From positions 7,479 through 71,478 of the forward strand of contig LBPF01000003.1 of the NCBI GenBank assembly GCA_000990005.1: a DNA stretch of 64,000 bases, read 5' to 3'. Below the pieces are notes generated by a model. It ran no database searches. It was given only the letters and a program-made list of their open reading frames with translations, and was not told the DNA's origin. Made by a program: the position numbers and the translations under genes. The DNA comes from Candidatus Woesebacteria bacterium GW2011_GWB1_33_38. GTDB lineage: Bacteria > Patescibacteriota > Microgenomatia > UBA8517. Position 1 is the stretch's first letter. Every line of letters starts with the position of its first letter. Positions 29,495 to 39,423 of this stretch are shown here, in pieces.

Positions 29495-29531
29495 TTGACA
29501 GCACTTAGCACTCATATTATGATAGTGCCAG
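29495..29531. promoter_or_regulatory. sigma70-like promoter (TTGACA-17-TATGAT) overlapping a CIRCE-like element upstream of hrcA
   Basis: TTAGCACTC-N9-tAGTGCcAg: perfect left half-site, 6/9 right half-site; ATG 8 nt after the -10. Confidence 0.5.
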
Positions 29532-30257
29532 ATGAACGCATTAACATCCAGGCAGACACAAATTTTAAAAGTATTAATTGATGAGTATATTGAAACAGCT
29601 GAGCCGGTAGGCTCCGACGCTTTAGAGAAAAAATATAATCTTGGTGTATCTCCTGCAACTATCCGAAATGAAATGAGTAATCTCACAAAAACAGGATTTT
29701 TGAAACAACCTCATACATCTGCGGGTAGAGTCCCAACATCTGGAGCCATGAAATTCTATGTTGATCAACTTATGGAGGAAAAACAAATGAGTTTGGCTGA
29801 TGAAGTTAAGGCCAAAGAAGAAGTTTGGGATGACAGGGGCAATTTTGATAAATTTGTAAATGAGATGACCCATTCTCTGGCTGATCGAACCTGTGGAATG
29901 GCTATCACGATGATTGATGATGGGTCTGTTTGGCAGGCGGGACATGCCAATATATTTTTATATCCCGAGTTTGCAGATTTAGGAGCCTGCGCATCACTTT
30001 TTGGTTTTATGGATGAGGATGAGCAATTAATTGACCTTTTTTTCAATCGTTTCCCAATTGAAACACCTTTTGATGTATTATTTACAGAAGACTTGGGATT
30101 TAGAAACATGCCAATTGGAATTGTTGCAGCTCATTTTAAAGTAAAAGACAAAAATGGAGCCATGGGGGTAATTGGACCAGTCAGACAATCTTATGCAAGT
30201 TTAGTTCCAACAATAAGATATTATAGAGGAATGTTGGAGGAGGTAATGGGAATATGA
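29532..30257 (+). CDS. hrcA: heat-inducible repressor HrcA (short form)
   Basis: LTSRQTQILKVLIDEYIETAEPVGSDALEKKYNLGVSPATIRNEMSNL...PHTSAGRVPT. Confidence 0.8.
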   Translation: MNALTSRQTQILKVLIDEYIETAEPVGSDALEKKYNLGVSPATIRNEMSNLTKTGFLKQPHTSAGRVPTSGAMKFYVDQLMEEKQMSLADEVKAKEEVWDDRGNFDKFVNEMTHSLADRTCGMAITMIDDGSVWQAGHANIFLYPEFADLGACASLFGFMDEDEQLIDLFFNRFPIETPFDVLFTEDLGFRNMPIGIVAAHFKVKDKNGAMGVIGPVRQSYASLVPTIRYYRGMLEEVMGI

Positions 30258-30724
30258 CGACAAAAAACCAAAAAATCAAAGATTCAAAAACTCAAATTGT
30301 GGATAGCGAAGAACTGGGAAATATGAAAAACCAACTTGCAAGGGCAATGGCGGATTATGCCAATTTGGTTAAAAGAACAGATGAAGAAAGAGGAACAATG
30401 TATAAATTGACCAGTATTTCATATGTATTAAAACTTTTACCAATTTTAGACAATTTAAGGGAGGCCCAAAAGCATTTAAGTGATACGGGAATTGCTATAA
30501 TAGTAGGGCAGTTGGAGGCCATCTTAAAAGAAGACGGATTTAGTGAAATAAAACCGCAAGCTGGAGAAATGTTTAATGAGACTTTACATGAAGCAATTGA
30601 TACTCTTGAAACTGAGGTCGAAAAAGATAATAATATTATTTCAGAAGTCTGTTTGACAGGTTGGAAAATGGGAGATGAAGTAGTTCGATTTGCAAAGGTG
30701 AAAGTTTTTAATAAAAAAATATGA
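30254..30724 (+). CDS. grpE: nucleotide exchange factor GrpE
   Basis: GrpE coiled-coil and C-terminal beta domain; operon position. Confidence 0.8.
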   Translation: MTTKNQKIKDSKTQIVDSEELGNMKNQLARAMADYANLVKRTDEERGTMYKLTSISYVLKLLPILDNLREAQKHLSDTGIAIIVGQLEAILKEDGFSEIKPQAGEMFNETLHEAIDTLETEVEKDNNIISEVCLTGWKMGDEVVRFAKVKVFNKKI

Positions 30725-32658
30725 GTAAAATTATAGGTATTGATTTAGGAACAACGAATAGTTGTGTAGCTGTAATGGAAGGTGGAAGCCCTAAAGTTAT
30801 TAGTGCTTCTGATACTGGCAAAAATACAACCCCTTCTGTCGTCGAAATGGTTAAAAACCTTGTTGGAGACGTTGCTAAAAGGCAGATGATTTTAAATGCG
30901 GTAAATACAATATCTTCAGTTAAAAGGTTGATGGGTAGAAGATTTGAGGATAAAGAAGTAACTAGGACTCAAAAAATGGTTTCCTACAAGATTATTTCAG
31001 GTAAGTCGGGAATGGCTGATGTTGAAATTGACGGCAAGACTTACACTCCTCAGGAAATTAGCGCCCGCGTTTTAATGAAACTTAAAAAAGATGCGGAAAA
31101 GTATTTGGGAGAAAGTGTAGATAGGGCAGTTATTACAGTTCCTGCTTATTTTGACGATTCTCAAAGGCAGGCAACCAAACAGGCCGGAGAAATTGCAGGA
31201 CTCAAAGTTGAAAGAATTATTAACGAACCTACTGCTGCGGCTTTAGCCTATGGATTGGACAAGAAAAATGCAGAAAAAATTGCAGTCTATGATTTGGGCG
31301 GTGGAACATTTGATATTTCAATTTTGGAGCTTGGGGATGGGGTTTTTGAAGTTAAGGCAACAAACGGAGATACCCACTTAGGTGGAGACGATTTTGACGA
31401 AAAAATTGTTGACTATATTGCTGAAGAATTCAAAAAGGAAAATTCAATGGATTTAAGGCTTGATAAGCAAGCATTACAAAGAGTAAGGGATGCTGCAGAA
31501 AAAGCAAAAATTGAACTTTCGGCAGCCGAAGAAATAGAAATAAATCAACCATATATTACTCAAAAAGATGGTCAGCCACTTCATTTGACGATGAAATTAA
31601 CAAGAGCAAAATTGGAATCAATTGTTGATGAACTTATCCAAAAAACGATTAAACCAGTGGAAAGCTGTCTTAAAGATGCAGGACTTAAAGCGGGAGATAT
31701 TAACGAAGTCATTATGGTCGGTGGCATGACCAGAATGCCAAAAGTTGTTGAAGAAGTTAAAAAGTTTTTTGGCAAAGAACCTAATAAGTCAGTTAATCCC
31801 GATGAAGTTGTTGCAGTAGGTGCTGCAATTCAGGCTGGAGTTTTAGCAGGAGATGTTAAAGATATCCTCCTTTTGGACGTTACCCCATTAACTTTGGCAA
31901 TTGAAACAATGGGAGGGGTAGCTACACCCATGATTCCGCGTAATACTACAGTTCCAACCAGCAAAACTGAGGTTTTCTCAACCGCTGCTGATAATCAAAC
32001 ACAAGTAGAAATTCATATTACTCAAGGAGAAAGACCTCTTTCAAACGACAACAAAGCACTTGGTAGATTTGTATTAGATGGGATTCCTCCATCACCACGC
32101 GGTGTACCACAGATTGAAGTTATGTTTGACCTTGATGCTAATGGAATTTTGACTGTTACCGCAAAAGATAAAGCAACGGGTAAGACTCAAAACATCAAAA
32201 TTACAGGCTCTGTAGGTTTAACGGATGAGGAAGTCAAAAAAGCTCAAGAAGATGCAGAGAAAAATAAAGCTGAAGATGAAAAGAAAGCAGAAACTATTAA
32301 AGCTAAAAATACAGCTGATGCTACAGTTGTCATGGCAGAAAAAGCTATTAAAGACGCAGGTGACAAGGCTCCAAAAGATGTAGTAGAAAAAGTACAGGAA
32401 AAAACAAAAGCATTAAAAGATATTTTAGAAACTGGAACAAAAGAAGATCTGGAAGCAAAAACAAAAGATCTTTCAGAAACACTATCGGAAGTAGGCCAGG
32501 CAATGTACCAGAACCAGGGCGGACAAGGCCAGGGGACAGCGAATAGTGGACAGGGTACAGAAGAGCCAACAGTAACCGCTTCTGATGCAGAATCGAGTCA
32601 GGAAAAGAAAGATAAAAAATCCGACGCCAAAGTCGAAGAAGGCGAAGTGGTAGAATAA
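30721..32658 (+). CDS. dnaK: chaperone DnaK (Hsp70)
   Basis: [26 protein letters not shown]; full length. Confidence 0.95.
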   Translation: MSKIIGIDLGTTNSCVAVMEGGSPKVISASDTGKNTTPSVVEMVKNLVGDVAKRQMILNAVNTISSVKRLMGRRFEDKEVTRTQKMVSYKIISGKSGMADVEIDGKTYTPQEISARVLMKLKKDAEKYLGESVDRAVITVPAYFDDSQRQATKQAGEIAGLKVERIINEPTAAALAYGLDKKNAEKIAVYDLGGGTFDISILELGDGVFEVKATNGDTHLGGDDFDEKIVDYIAEEFKKENSMDLRLDKQALQRVRDAAEKAKIELSAAEEIEINQPYITQKDGQPLHLTMKLTRAKLESIVDELIQKTIKPVESCLKDAGLKAGDINEVIMVGGMTRMPKVVEEVKKFFGKEPNKSVNPDEVVAVGAAIQAGVLAGDVKDILLLDVTPLTLAIETMGGVATPMIPRNTTVPTSKTEVFSTAADNQTQVEIHITQGERPLSNDNKALGRFVLDGIPPSPRGVPQIEVMFDLDANGILTVTAKDKATGKTQNIKITGSVGLTDEEVKKAQEDAEKNKAEDEKKAETIKAKNTADATVVMAEKAIKDAGDKAPKDVVEKVQEKTKALKDILETGTKEDLEAKTKDLSETLSEVGQAMYQNQGGQGQGTANSGQGTEEPTVTASDAESSQEKKDKKSDAKVEEGEVVE

Positions 32659-32665
32659 CTTCATA

Positions 32666-33550
32666 ATGTCCACAAAAAATGATTATTATGATTTGCTGGG
32701 GGTAACCAAAAGTTCATCCACCCAGGAAATTAAAAACGCTTACAGAAAAAAAGCTTTGGAGTGGCATCCAGACAGACATCAAGGGACGGACAAAGAAGAA
32801 GCTGAAAGAAAATTCAAAGAGATAAACGAGGCATATCAAATTCTTTCCGATCCTTCTAAAAAAAGTGCATATGATAATTATGGCCATGATGCATTTTCTC
32901 CTGGAGGAATGGGTAACAGAGGTGGCGGAAATCCCTTTGCAGGAGGTTTTGGTGGGCAAGGATCCCCTTTTTCTTATACTTGGTCATCAGGTGGAGGCGG
33001 TAGTCCATTTGGTAATACAGATTTTGGTGACCCGTTTGATATTTTTGAATCATTCTTCGGGGGTGGTTCGCCATTTAGGCAGGCCAGGCAAATTCCAAGA
33101 TACAGTGTTCGCTTAGAGTTTATGGAAGCTGTAAATGGAGTTGAAAAAGAATTTAATATAGAGGGAAGTCGACGCAAAATTAAAATTCCTGCAGGGGTTG
33201 ATGAGGGCACAAAAATAAATTTTGGTGATTTTACATTGTCAGTTAATGTTGCCCCACATGAGTTTTTTGAAAGAGATGGAGATGATATCTATATAAATGT
33301 CACAATTCCCTACTCAATGGCAGTTTTTGGAGGAACTATTAAAGTTCCAACCATAGATGATGAAATTAAATTAAAGGTAAGAGTTGGAACAGGGGCAGGA
33401 ACAATGATTAGATTAAAAAGTAAAGGTGTTACAAATCCCCATCATAAACAAAGAGGAGATCAGTATGTAAAATTAAATATTTTAGTCCCCGAAAAACTAA
33501 CCCGCACGCAAAAAAGAATGATTGATGATTTGAAAGAAGAAGGATTATAG
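32666..33550 (+). CDS. dnaJ: J-domain co-chaperone (DnaJ/CbpA-like, no CxxCxGxG zinc-finger domain)
   Basis: YYDLLGV...HPDR J domain, G/F-rich region, C-terminal substrate-binding domains. Confidence 0.8.
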   Translation: MSTKNDYYDLLGVTKSSSTQEIKNAYRKKALEWHPDRHQGTDKEEAERKFKEINEAYQILSDPSKKSAYDNYGHDAFSPGGMGNRGGGNPFAGGFGGQGSPFSYTWSSGGGGSPFGNTDFGDPFDIFESFFGGGSPFRQARQIPRYSVRLEFMEAVNGVEKEFNIEGSRRKIKIPAGVDEGTKINFGDFTLSVNVAPHEFFERDGDDIYINVTIPYSMAVFGGTIKVPTIDDEIKLKVRVGTGAGTMIRLKSKGVTNPHHKQRGDQYVKLNILVPEKLTRTQKRMIDDLKEEGL

Positions 33551-33566
33551 TGTAAACTTCAGTCTT

Positions 33567-33592
33567 GGTGGGGAGAACCCACCTTTTTATTT
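33567..33592 (+). terminator. intrinsic terminator after dnaJ
   Basis: GGTGGG-gagaa-CCCACC followed by TTTTTATTT. Confidence 0.55.
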
Positions 33593-33607
33593 AAATTTAT
33601 TTAAAAC

Positions 33608-34621
33608 ATGTCAAATAATCAACCAAGAACAGAATTTAGCCAGGCTTTAAAGGCCATAGTCCAAGAAAGAGGACTTGATGCTAATACAATAATTGATGCT
33701 ATTAAACAGGCAATAATTGCAGCCTTTAGACGTGACCAAAAAGAAGTTGGTATTGAATATGGCGAAGAGGTTGCCTTTGATGCTGAAATAAATTCTCTTG
33801 ATGGTGGAGCCAAAGTAATAGTAGATGGTAAAGATGTTACACCTCCAGGGTTTGGAAGAATTGCAGCTCAAACTGCAAAACAAGTAATTCACCAAAAAAT
33901 TAGAGAAGCTGAAAGGGGAGTTATTATGGATGAGTTTAGTGGAAAAATTGGTAATTTGGTTTCAGGAATTGTCCTAAGATTTGACGGTCCAAACGTCAGG
34001 GTAGATATGGGTAGGACTGAAGGGTTTATGCCTCAGGAAGAAAGAATCCCAACAGAAAGATTATCTCAAGGACAAAGATTAACATTTTTACTTAAAGACA
34101 TTAGAGAAACGATTAAAGGAAAAGAATTAATTCTCTCAAGAGCTGATCCTGCCTTTGTAGTTAAGCTTTTTGCTCGTGAAGTTCCTGAGATTGGAGCAAA
34201 TTCAGTTCAAATTAAATTAATATCTCGTGAAGCTGGTGTTAGAACTAAAATTGCAGTTTACTCTGAAAGTTCAGGTGTTGATCCAGTTGGAAGCTGTGTT
34301 GGTCAAAAAGGTGTTAGGGTTCAAGCAGTTACCAATGAATTAGGAGGAGAAAGAGTTGATGTCATTTCATATAACGAAGATTTTGAAGAATTGATTAAAC
34401 TTGCACTTGCTCCTGCTTCTGATTTAGTAGTTAAGATTAATAAAAAAGAGTTAACTGCAGAAGTTACAGCTCCTGAAGACCAATTGTCTTTGGCAATTGG
34501 TAAAGATGGCCAAAATGTACGCTTAGCAAGTAAATTAGCAGGTTACAAAATTGAAATAATCGGCCTGCCTGCGCAGGCAGGAGCACCTGTTGTTGAAGAT
34601 ACCGTACAAGAAAAGTCATGA
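33608..34621 (+). CDS. nusA: transcription termination/antitermination factor NusA
   Basis: N-terminal domain, S1 and two KH domains (AIGKDGQNVRLASKLAGYKIEI). Confidence 0.85.
   Translation: MSNNQPRTEFSQALKAIVQERGLDANTIIDAIKQAIIAAFRRDQKEVGIEYGEEVAFDAEINSLDGGAKVIVDGKDVTPPGFGRIAAQTAKQVIHQKIREAERGVIMDEFSGKIGNLVSGIVLRFDGPNVRVDMGRTEGFMPQEERIPTERLSQGQRLTFLLKDIRETIKGKELILSRADPAFVVKLFAREVPEIGANSVQIKLISREAGVRTKIAVYSESSGVDPVGSCVGQKGVRVQAVTNELGGERVDVISYNEDFEELIKLALAPASDLVVKINKKELTAEVTAPEDQLSLAIGKDGQNVRLASKLAGYKIEIIGLPAQAGAPVVEDTVQEKS
34564..34581. repeat. 18-nt perfect palindrome CCTGCCTGC|GCAGGCAGG, in-frame in the nusA 3' end (encodes LPAQAG)
   Basis: Read directly. Confidence 0.9.
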
Positions 34622-34663
34622 GTATTTTAAATAAAAATTATTATGAGATTCAGCTAAATCGCT

Positions 34664-36052
34664 ATGAAAACAAAAAGACAACCCATTGTGACTGTTCTTG
34701 GGCACGTAGATCATGGTAAGACTTCACTTCTTGACGCTTTAAGAAATACTAATGTAACTGGTGGAGAAGCTGGTGGTATAACCCAATCAATTGGAGCTAG
34801 TGTAGTTAATGGTATTTGTTTTATTGATACTCCTGGTCATGCTCTTTTTTCTGGAATGAGATCAAGAGGCTCTAAACTTGCAGATATCGCACTCTTAGTT
34901 GTTGACGGCTCAGATGGAGTTAAACCTCAAACAAAAGAGGCAATTGCTCACATTAATACCGCAGGAATTCCTTTTATTGTGGTTATTACAAAGATTGATT
35001 TACCAGCAGCTTCAGTTGATGTTGCCCTTTCTGAACTTGAAAAAGAAGGAATCTGTTTTGAAGGTCATGGCGGTCAGACACCTTATATTGGTGTCTCAGC
35101 CAAGAAAAAAGAAAAGTTACAAGATCTTTTAGATTTGATTTTACTTTTGGCTGAAGTTAACAACTTTGAAGCAGATATTGAAGGAGAGTTAGAAGCTTTT
35201 GTCATTGAAACAAACAAAGATAAAGGTGGAAATATGGTGTCTTTGGTTTTACGAAACGGAAAATTAAAAATTGGTGATGAAATATTTAGCGCTCTGCCTG
35301 CGCAGGCAGGAAAAACCAAAGGAAAAGTAAAAGGACTTTTTGATTATCAAAATAAGCCTGTTAAAGAGGTTTTGCCTGGAGAACCTGCAAAGGTTTTAGG
35401 TTTTGAAAGTTTGCCTGGCGTTGGGGCTTTGGTAACAGATCATGAAATCAACGATCAACCCCACGTCGTTAAAGCTGTGCGGGGTGTCCTTGAAAAGGGT
35501 AAGATCCCTTTTTATTTAAAAGCTAACAGTGCTGGATCATTGGAGGCATTAACAACCTCAATTCCACAAGAATTTGTGATTGTTGAAAGTAGCGTTGGAG
35601 ATGTTACAGAGTCAGACGTCTTAAATGCTAAGGCAAATAATGCCTTGATTTTTGTGTTTGAAAGTAAAATTCCAGGGAGTGTTAAAAAGCTTGCTGAAAG
35701 TGAAAAACTAAAAATTGAGAGGTTTGATATTATCTATCAACTGTTAGAAAGATTGAGCGAAATAGTTAAAAGTGGTTTAAGAGAAATTCTAGGAAGAGCT
35801 GAAATTATTGCAAGTTTTCCATTTAATGATAAAAAAGTAGCTGGGTCTAAAGTCTTAATGGGTAGGATTGATAAAACTTCAGATCTACGGCTTATGAGAG
35901 GCGAAACAGAATTGGGTAAAATTAAAGTTTTGTCAATCAAAAAACAGAAAACAGAGGTTAATGGAGTTTCTCAGGGTGAAGAATTTGGAATATTTTTTTC
36001 ACCACAGCTTGATTTTACAGCAGGAGATGTTATTATTGCCGTTAATGGATAA
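34664..36052 (+). CDS. infB: translation initiation factor IF-2 (short form starting at the G domain)
   Basis: VTVLGHVDHGKTSLLDALR, DTPGH, TKID; follows nusA. Confidence 0.85.
   Translation: MKTKRQPIVTVLGHVDHGKTSLLDALRNTNVTGGEAGGITQSIGASVVNGICFIDTPGHALFSGMRSRGSKLADIALLVVDGSDGVKPQTKEAIAHINTAGIPFIVVITKIDLPAASVDVALSELEKEGICFEGHGGQTPYIGVSAKKKEKLQDLLDLILLLAEVNNFEADIEGELEAFVIETNKDKGGNMVSLVLRNGKLKIGDEIFSALPAQAGKTKGKVKGLFDYQNKPVKEVLPGEPAKVLGFESLPGVGALVTDHEINDQPHVVKAVRGVLEKGKIPFYLKANSAGSLEALTTSIPQEFVIVESSVGDVTESDVLNAKANNALIFVFESKIPGSVKKLAESEKLKIERFDIIYQLLERLSEIVKSGLREILGRAEIIASFPFNDKKVAGSKVLMGRIDKTSDLRLMRGETELGKIKVLSIKKQKTEVNGVSQGEEFGIFFSPQLDFTAGDVIIAVNG
35294..35309. repeat. 16-nt perfect palindrome CTGCCTGC|GCAGGCAG, in-frame in infB (encodes LPAQAG)
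   Basis: Read directly. Confidence 0.9.
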
Positions 36053-36953
36053 TTCGTTTAAAACTCTAATTGATTCTGCTCAAGAAGTCTTAATTTTACT
36101 TCCGCAAAAGCCAAATTTGGATCAAGTAGCATCTGGGTTGTCACTTTATTTATCTTTCTTGGGTTCTGGGAAAGATGTAACTATCTCATGTCCTGTTGCT
36201 ATGACAGCCGAATTCTCAAGACTTATTGGGGTAGACAAAATTACTGGAAATTTGGGAGATAAAAATTTAATAATTAAATTTGTCAATTACAACGCAACTG
36301 ATGTTGATAAAGTAAGTTATGATATTGAAAATAGTCAGTTTAAATTAACCATTAGTCCAAAAGTAGGTTTTAAATCTCCAACCAAAGATCAAATTGAAGT
36401 AAGTTATGCTGGAGGTAGCTCTGACTTTGTAGTTTTAGTAGGTGGTACAAGCGAATCTGATTTTCCGGTTTTACAAACTCTAGACTTTGCTAGTTCCAAA
36501 ATAATTCATTTAGGAACAAGACTTTTAGAGATTGAGAATAAAGATTTACAAGTACTTTCTTTTGCACAAAGCGCAAGTTCTATATCTGAAATTGTTGCAG
36601 GTTTAATTAAAGAGGGAGGTTTTGTATTAGATCCTGATATTGCCACAAACTTAATTGTAGGAATTGAAAGTGAAAGTAAAAATTTTCAATCTTCAGAGGT
36701 AACAGTTAATACTTTTGAAACATTTACAGAATTATTAAAACTTGGGGGTCTTAGATTCAAGAAGGTGCCAACCAGTACCTTCCCACAAGGATCAATACCA
36801 AACAAACCATACAACCAAGTAAATCAGTTACCCATTAATCCAGTAATTCAGGACAGACAAATGACCCCCGAAGAAGCAGAAGAAGAAATACAACAGGATA
36901 TCCCGCCTTCCTGGTCCGAACCCAAAATCTTCACAGGAACCAGTGTAAGTTAA
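36045..36953 (+). CDS. DHH/NrnA-like phosphoesterase family protein with degenerate motifs (uncertain)
   Basis: Position after infB where nrnA usually sits; no clear DHH motif. Start taken at ATG 36045 overlapping the infB stop. Confidence 0.35.
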   Translation: MDNSFKTLIDSAQEVLILLPQKPNLDQVASGLSLYLSFLGSGKDVTISCPVAMTAEFSRLIGVDKITGNLGDKNLIIKFVNYNATDVDKVSYDIENSQFKLTISPKVGFKSPTKDQIEVSYAGGSSDFVVLVGGTSESDFPVLQTLDFASSKIIHLGTRLLEIENKDLQVLSFAQSASSISEIVAGLIKEGGFVLDPDIATNLIVGIESESKNFQSSEVTVNTFETFTELLKLGGLRFKKVPTSTFPQGSIPNKPYNQVNQLPINPVIQDRQMTPEEAEEEIQQDIPPSWSEPKIFTGTSVS

Positions 36954-37338
36954 TTTAGAAATTCATTTACTGTTTGTCCTAGTACACACTTTCCCCAATC
37001 AATCTATTTGTTTTTATTGACTATCCAAATTCAGTTTCAAACACAAATCATCTTGAAGGCCTATTTGGCCAAAGAAAACCAGCTCTTGTCAGACACAGAG
37101 GATTATCAAGAACTAAAGTATCCAAGGCACTTCTTTGGACGTTTTACTTACAATCAAAAACCTAAAAACACCAACGCATTTTGTCTATTAACCCTGATTT
37201 TGCTGTAGGGAATGTGAAAAAAAGGTTCGAAAAAGTTGAACAAGAATCAATAAAAGATAAGAAATTTGGTAGAGATGGGTTAAGTACTTTAAACATACTT
37301 CATGGCTAAATTTTATCTATTGCACAGGAGACCACTTA

Positions 37339-38049
37339 GTGGTAATCTTCGGAGTTAATATGACAGATGTAAATTTTAAAAGCCCCAAAGCTGATATTTG
37401 GAGTGCTTATAAAGACTTGTTAGCTCAAGCAGGATCTGTGTCTACTGGTGAAAAAGTTGTAGAAAAGATAAATGATAATACCTTTCGGTTAGGTGAAATA
37501 TTAAATGATGAAGTTCAAAAAGTAATAGTTAAAATAAAAAATGCTACACAAACCTTAGCCGACATTAAAACTACTTCCGTTGCATTATCTGATTCAATCA
37601 AAAAGGAGGAAGAAGAAATTAGAAAAAGAAGGACAAGAGAAGAAGACGATTACCAATATGAGTTCGAAAAACGTAAGAAAAAACAGGAAGATGAGTTAAG
37701 TGCAAGACAAAATGAGATCAAAGAGATGGAAACTGAACTTTCAGAGCTTAGAAATTTGGCAAAAACTTTCGATACAAAGCTTGAAAAGGCCATAAAAGAG
37801 GCAGAGGGTACCAAAGAAAAAGAATTAAAAACCATTTTTGATTATGAGAAAGTTTTATCCAAACAAACTGCAGAGTCAACACAAAACCTACTTCTATCTA
37901 AAATTGAAAGCTCAAATAAAATGGTTGATGATCTTAAAGCAGAAAATACAAAGCTAAAAGAAGCAGTGACACAGGCTAATAGCCAATTAACAAGAATTGC
38001 AGAAAAAGCAGTTGAAAAAAGTCAGTCTTCAAAAAATGGAACAGATTAA
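37339..38049 (+). CDS. hypothetical coiled-coil protein
   Basis: K/E-rich heptad-like sequence. Confidence 0.35.
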   Translation: MVIFGVNMTDVNFKSPKADIWSAYKDLLAQAGSVSTGEKVVEKINDNTFRLGEILNDEVQKVIVKIKNATQTLADIKTTSVALSDSIKKEEEEIRKRRTREEDDYQYEFEKRKKKQEDELSARQNEIKEMETELSELRNLAKTFDTKLEKAIKEAEGTKEKELKTIFDYEKVLSKQTAESTQNLLLSKIESSNKMVDDLKAENTKLKEAVTQANSQLTRIAEKAVEKSQSSKNGTD

Positions 38050-38082
38050 CTGAGTCGAATTTAAACTAGATCTTATAGTTAT

Positions 38083-38115
38083 TGCAAGGTCAGACCTCGC
38101 AATTTTTATGGTTTT
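38083..38115 (+). terminator. intrinsic terminator (palindrome TTGCAAGGTCaGACCTcGCAA followed by a T tract)
   Basis: Near-perfect 10-bp stem followed by TTTTTATGGTTTTT. Confidence 0.5.
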
Positions 38116-38136
38116 TGAAAATGTTATAATACACTC

Positions 38137-38379
38137 ATGGCAAATATACCCTATTTTTTGTGGGATTATGATTTAACTGAAAAAGATGTAGTCAAAATTT
38201 TGCGTTCCAAAAATGCAGAAGAAAAATCTTGGATTATCACAAGAATTTTAGAAAGTGCTAGATATGAAGATATATGGAGATTTTTGAGTTTACAGGAAAT
38301 AAAGGCAATTTACCCAAGTCTTAAATTAAAAAAACCTATTAAAGATGCATGGGACTATGCACTTTCAATCTGGAATTAA
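38137..38379 (+). CDS. small protein upstream of AbiEii, candidate cognate antitoxin (uncertain)
   Basis: 80-aa ORF 6 nt upstream of the toxin gene. Confidence 0.25.
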   Translation: MANIPYFLWDYDLTEKDVVKILRSKNAEEKSWIITRILESARYEDIWRFLSLQEIKAIYPSLKLKKPIKDAWDYALSIWN

Positions 38380-38385
38380 TTAACT

Positions 38386-39036
38386 ATGACAGATTATAAA
38401 CTACAAGATGATTTTTTGGAGGAATTCTTTTCAGAGAACCTTACGTCCGATTTTTATTTAACAGGAGGAACTGCACTTTCTAGATTTTATTTAAATCACA
38501 GAATAAGTGATGATATTGATTTATTTACTCAAAACCAAAAGATTGATATGAGTACAGTAAATTTTTTGGTTTTAAAAATATTAAGCAATCTAAAACTGGA
38601 GATTGTAAAGCAAGTAAATACAGATACTTTTTTACAATATATTACTAAATCTAAAAGCGGTAATACGTTAAAAATAGATTTTGTAAAAGATATTCCAGTT
38701 CATTTTGGTGAATTTAAAATGGTGGATAAAGTTAGAATTGATAGTTTAGAAAATATTGGATCAAATAAAGTATTAACGATACTTGGTAGAAGTGATGCAA
38801 AGGATTTTATTGATTTATATTTTATACTACAAAAAACAAAACTTAAATTCGATTTTTTATATGAGTTGGCTACAAAAAAAGACTTAGGATTATCAGAATT
38901 TTACTTAGCTAATTCCATGCACCAAATTCAAAAAATATCGATATATCCAAAAATGTTAGTTAAATTTGACAAAACTAAATTACTAAAATTTTACTCTGAT
39001 TTAGCAAGAAAACTTCTGTTGAAAATTAAACCTTAG
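38386..39036 (+). CDS. AbiEii/AbiGii-family nucleotidyltransferase toxin (DUF1814)
   Basis: YLTGGTALSRFYLNHRISDDIDLF matches the AbiEii NTase motif. Confidence 0.65.
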   Translation: MTDYKLQDDFLEEFFSENLTSDFYLTGGTALSRFYLNHRISDDIDLFTQNQKIDMSTVNFLVLKILSNLKLEIVKQVNTDTFLQYITKSKSGNTLKIDFVKDIPVHFGEFKMVDKVRIDSLENIGSNKVLTILGRSDAKDFIDLYFILQKTKLKFDFLYELATKKDLGLSEFYLANSMHQIQKISIYPKMLVKFDKTKLLKFYSDLARKLLLKIKP

Positions 39037-39140
39037 ATTCGTTAATTAATTCCCCTTTGTAATTTTTAAGATCCACTGATATAATACACAACATTGATGG
39101 TAGCAAGGTTATTTACTTTGGCTATACATGACTAAACAAT

Positions 39141-39410
39141 ATGGCATTAAAAGTAGAAGAGAAAAAAGAATTAATTAAAAAGTTTGCAAGAGAAAAGGGT
39201 GATACGGGATCTCCAGAGATTCAGATTGCTCTTCTTTCAACAAAAATAGATAAACTTGCAGAGCATTTAAAGGAACACAAAAAAGACGTTCACAGTAGAA
39301 GAGGCCTTCTTTCAATGGTTGCAAAAAGAAGAAGACTTCTGTCATACTTACAAAAGAAAGACGAAACAAGATATAAGGCTTTAATAAAAGAATTAAAATT
39401 AAATAAATAA
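39141..39410 (+). CDS. rpsO: 30S ribosomal protein S15
   Basis: [38 protein letters not shown]. Confidence 0.9.
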   Translation: MALKVEEKKELIKKFAREKGDTGSPEIQIALLSTKIDKLAEHLKEHKKDVHSRRGLLSMVAKRRRLLSYLQKKDETRYKALIKELKLNK

Positions 39411-39423
39411 AAGCTTCAAATTA

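Noticed and set aside
33188-33195. CCTGCAGG 8-mer in dnaJ resembling a collapsed CCTGCCTG/CAGGCAGG element
   Set aside because: It encodes the conserved IPAG motif of the DnaJ C-domain and is short enough to be chance.
37225-37245. GGTTCGAAA resembling a tRNA T-loop
   Set aside because: No acceptor or anticodon stem can be built around it. No tRNA was found anywhere in the window.
36954-37338. 385-bp intergenic region with ORF 37008-37208
   Set aside because: The ORF is low-complexity with no RBS. No RNA motif was recognised. Left unannotated.
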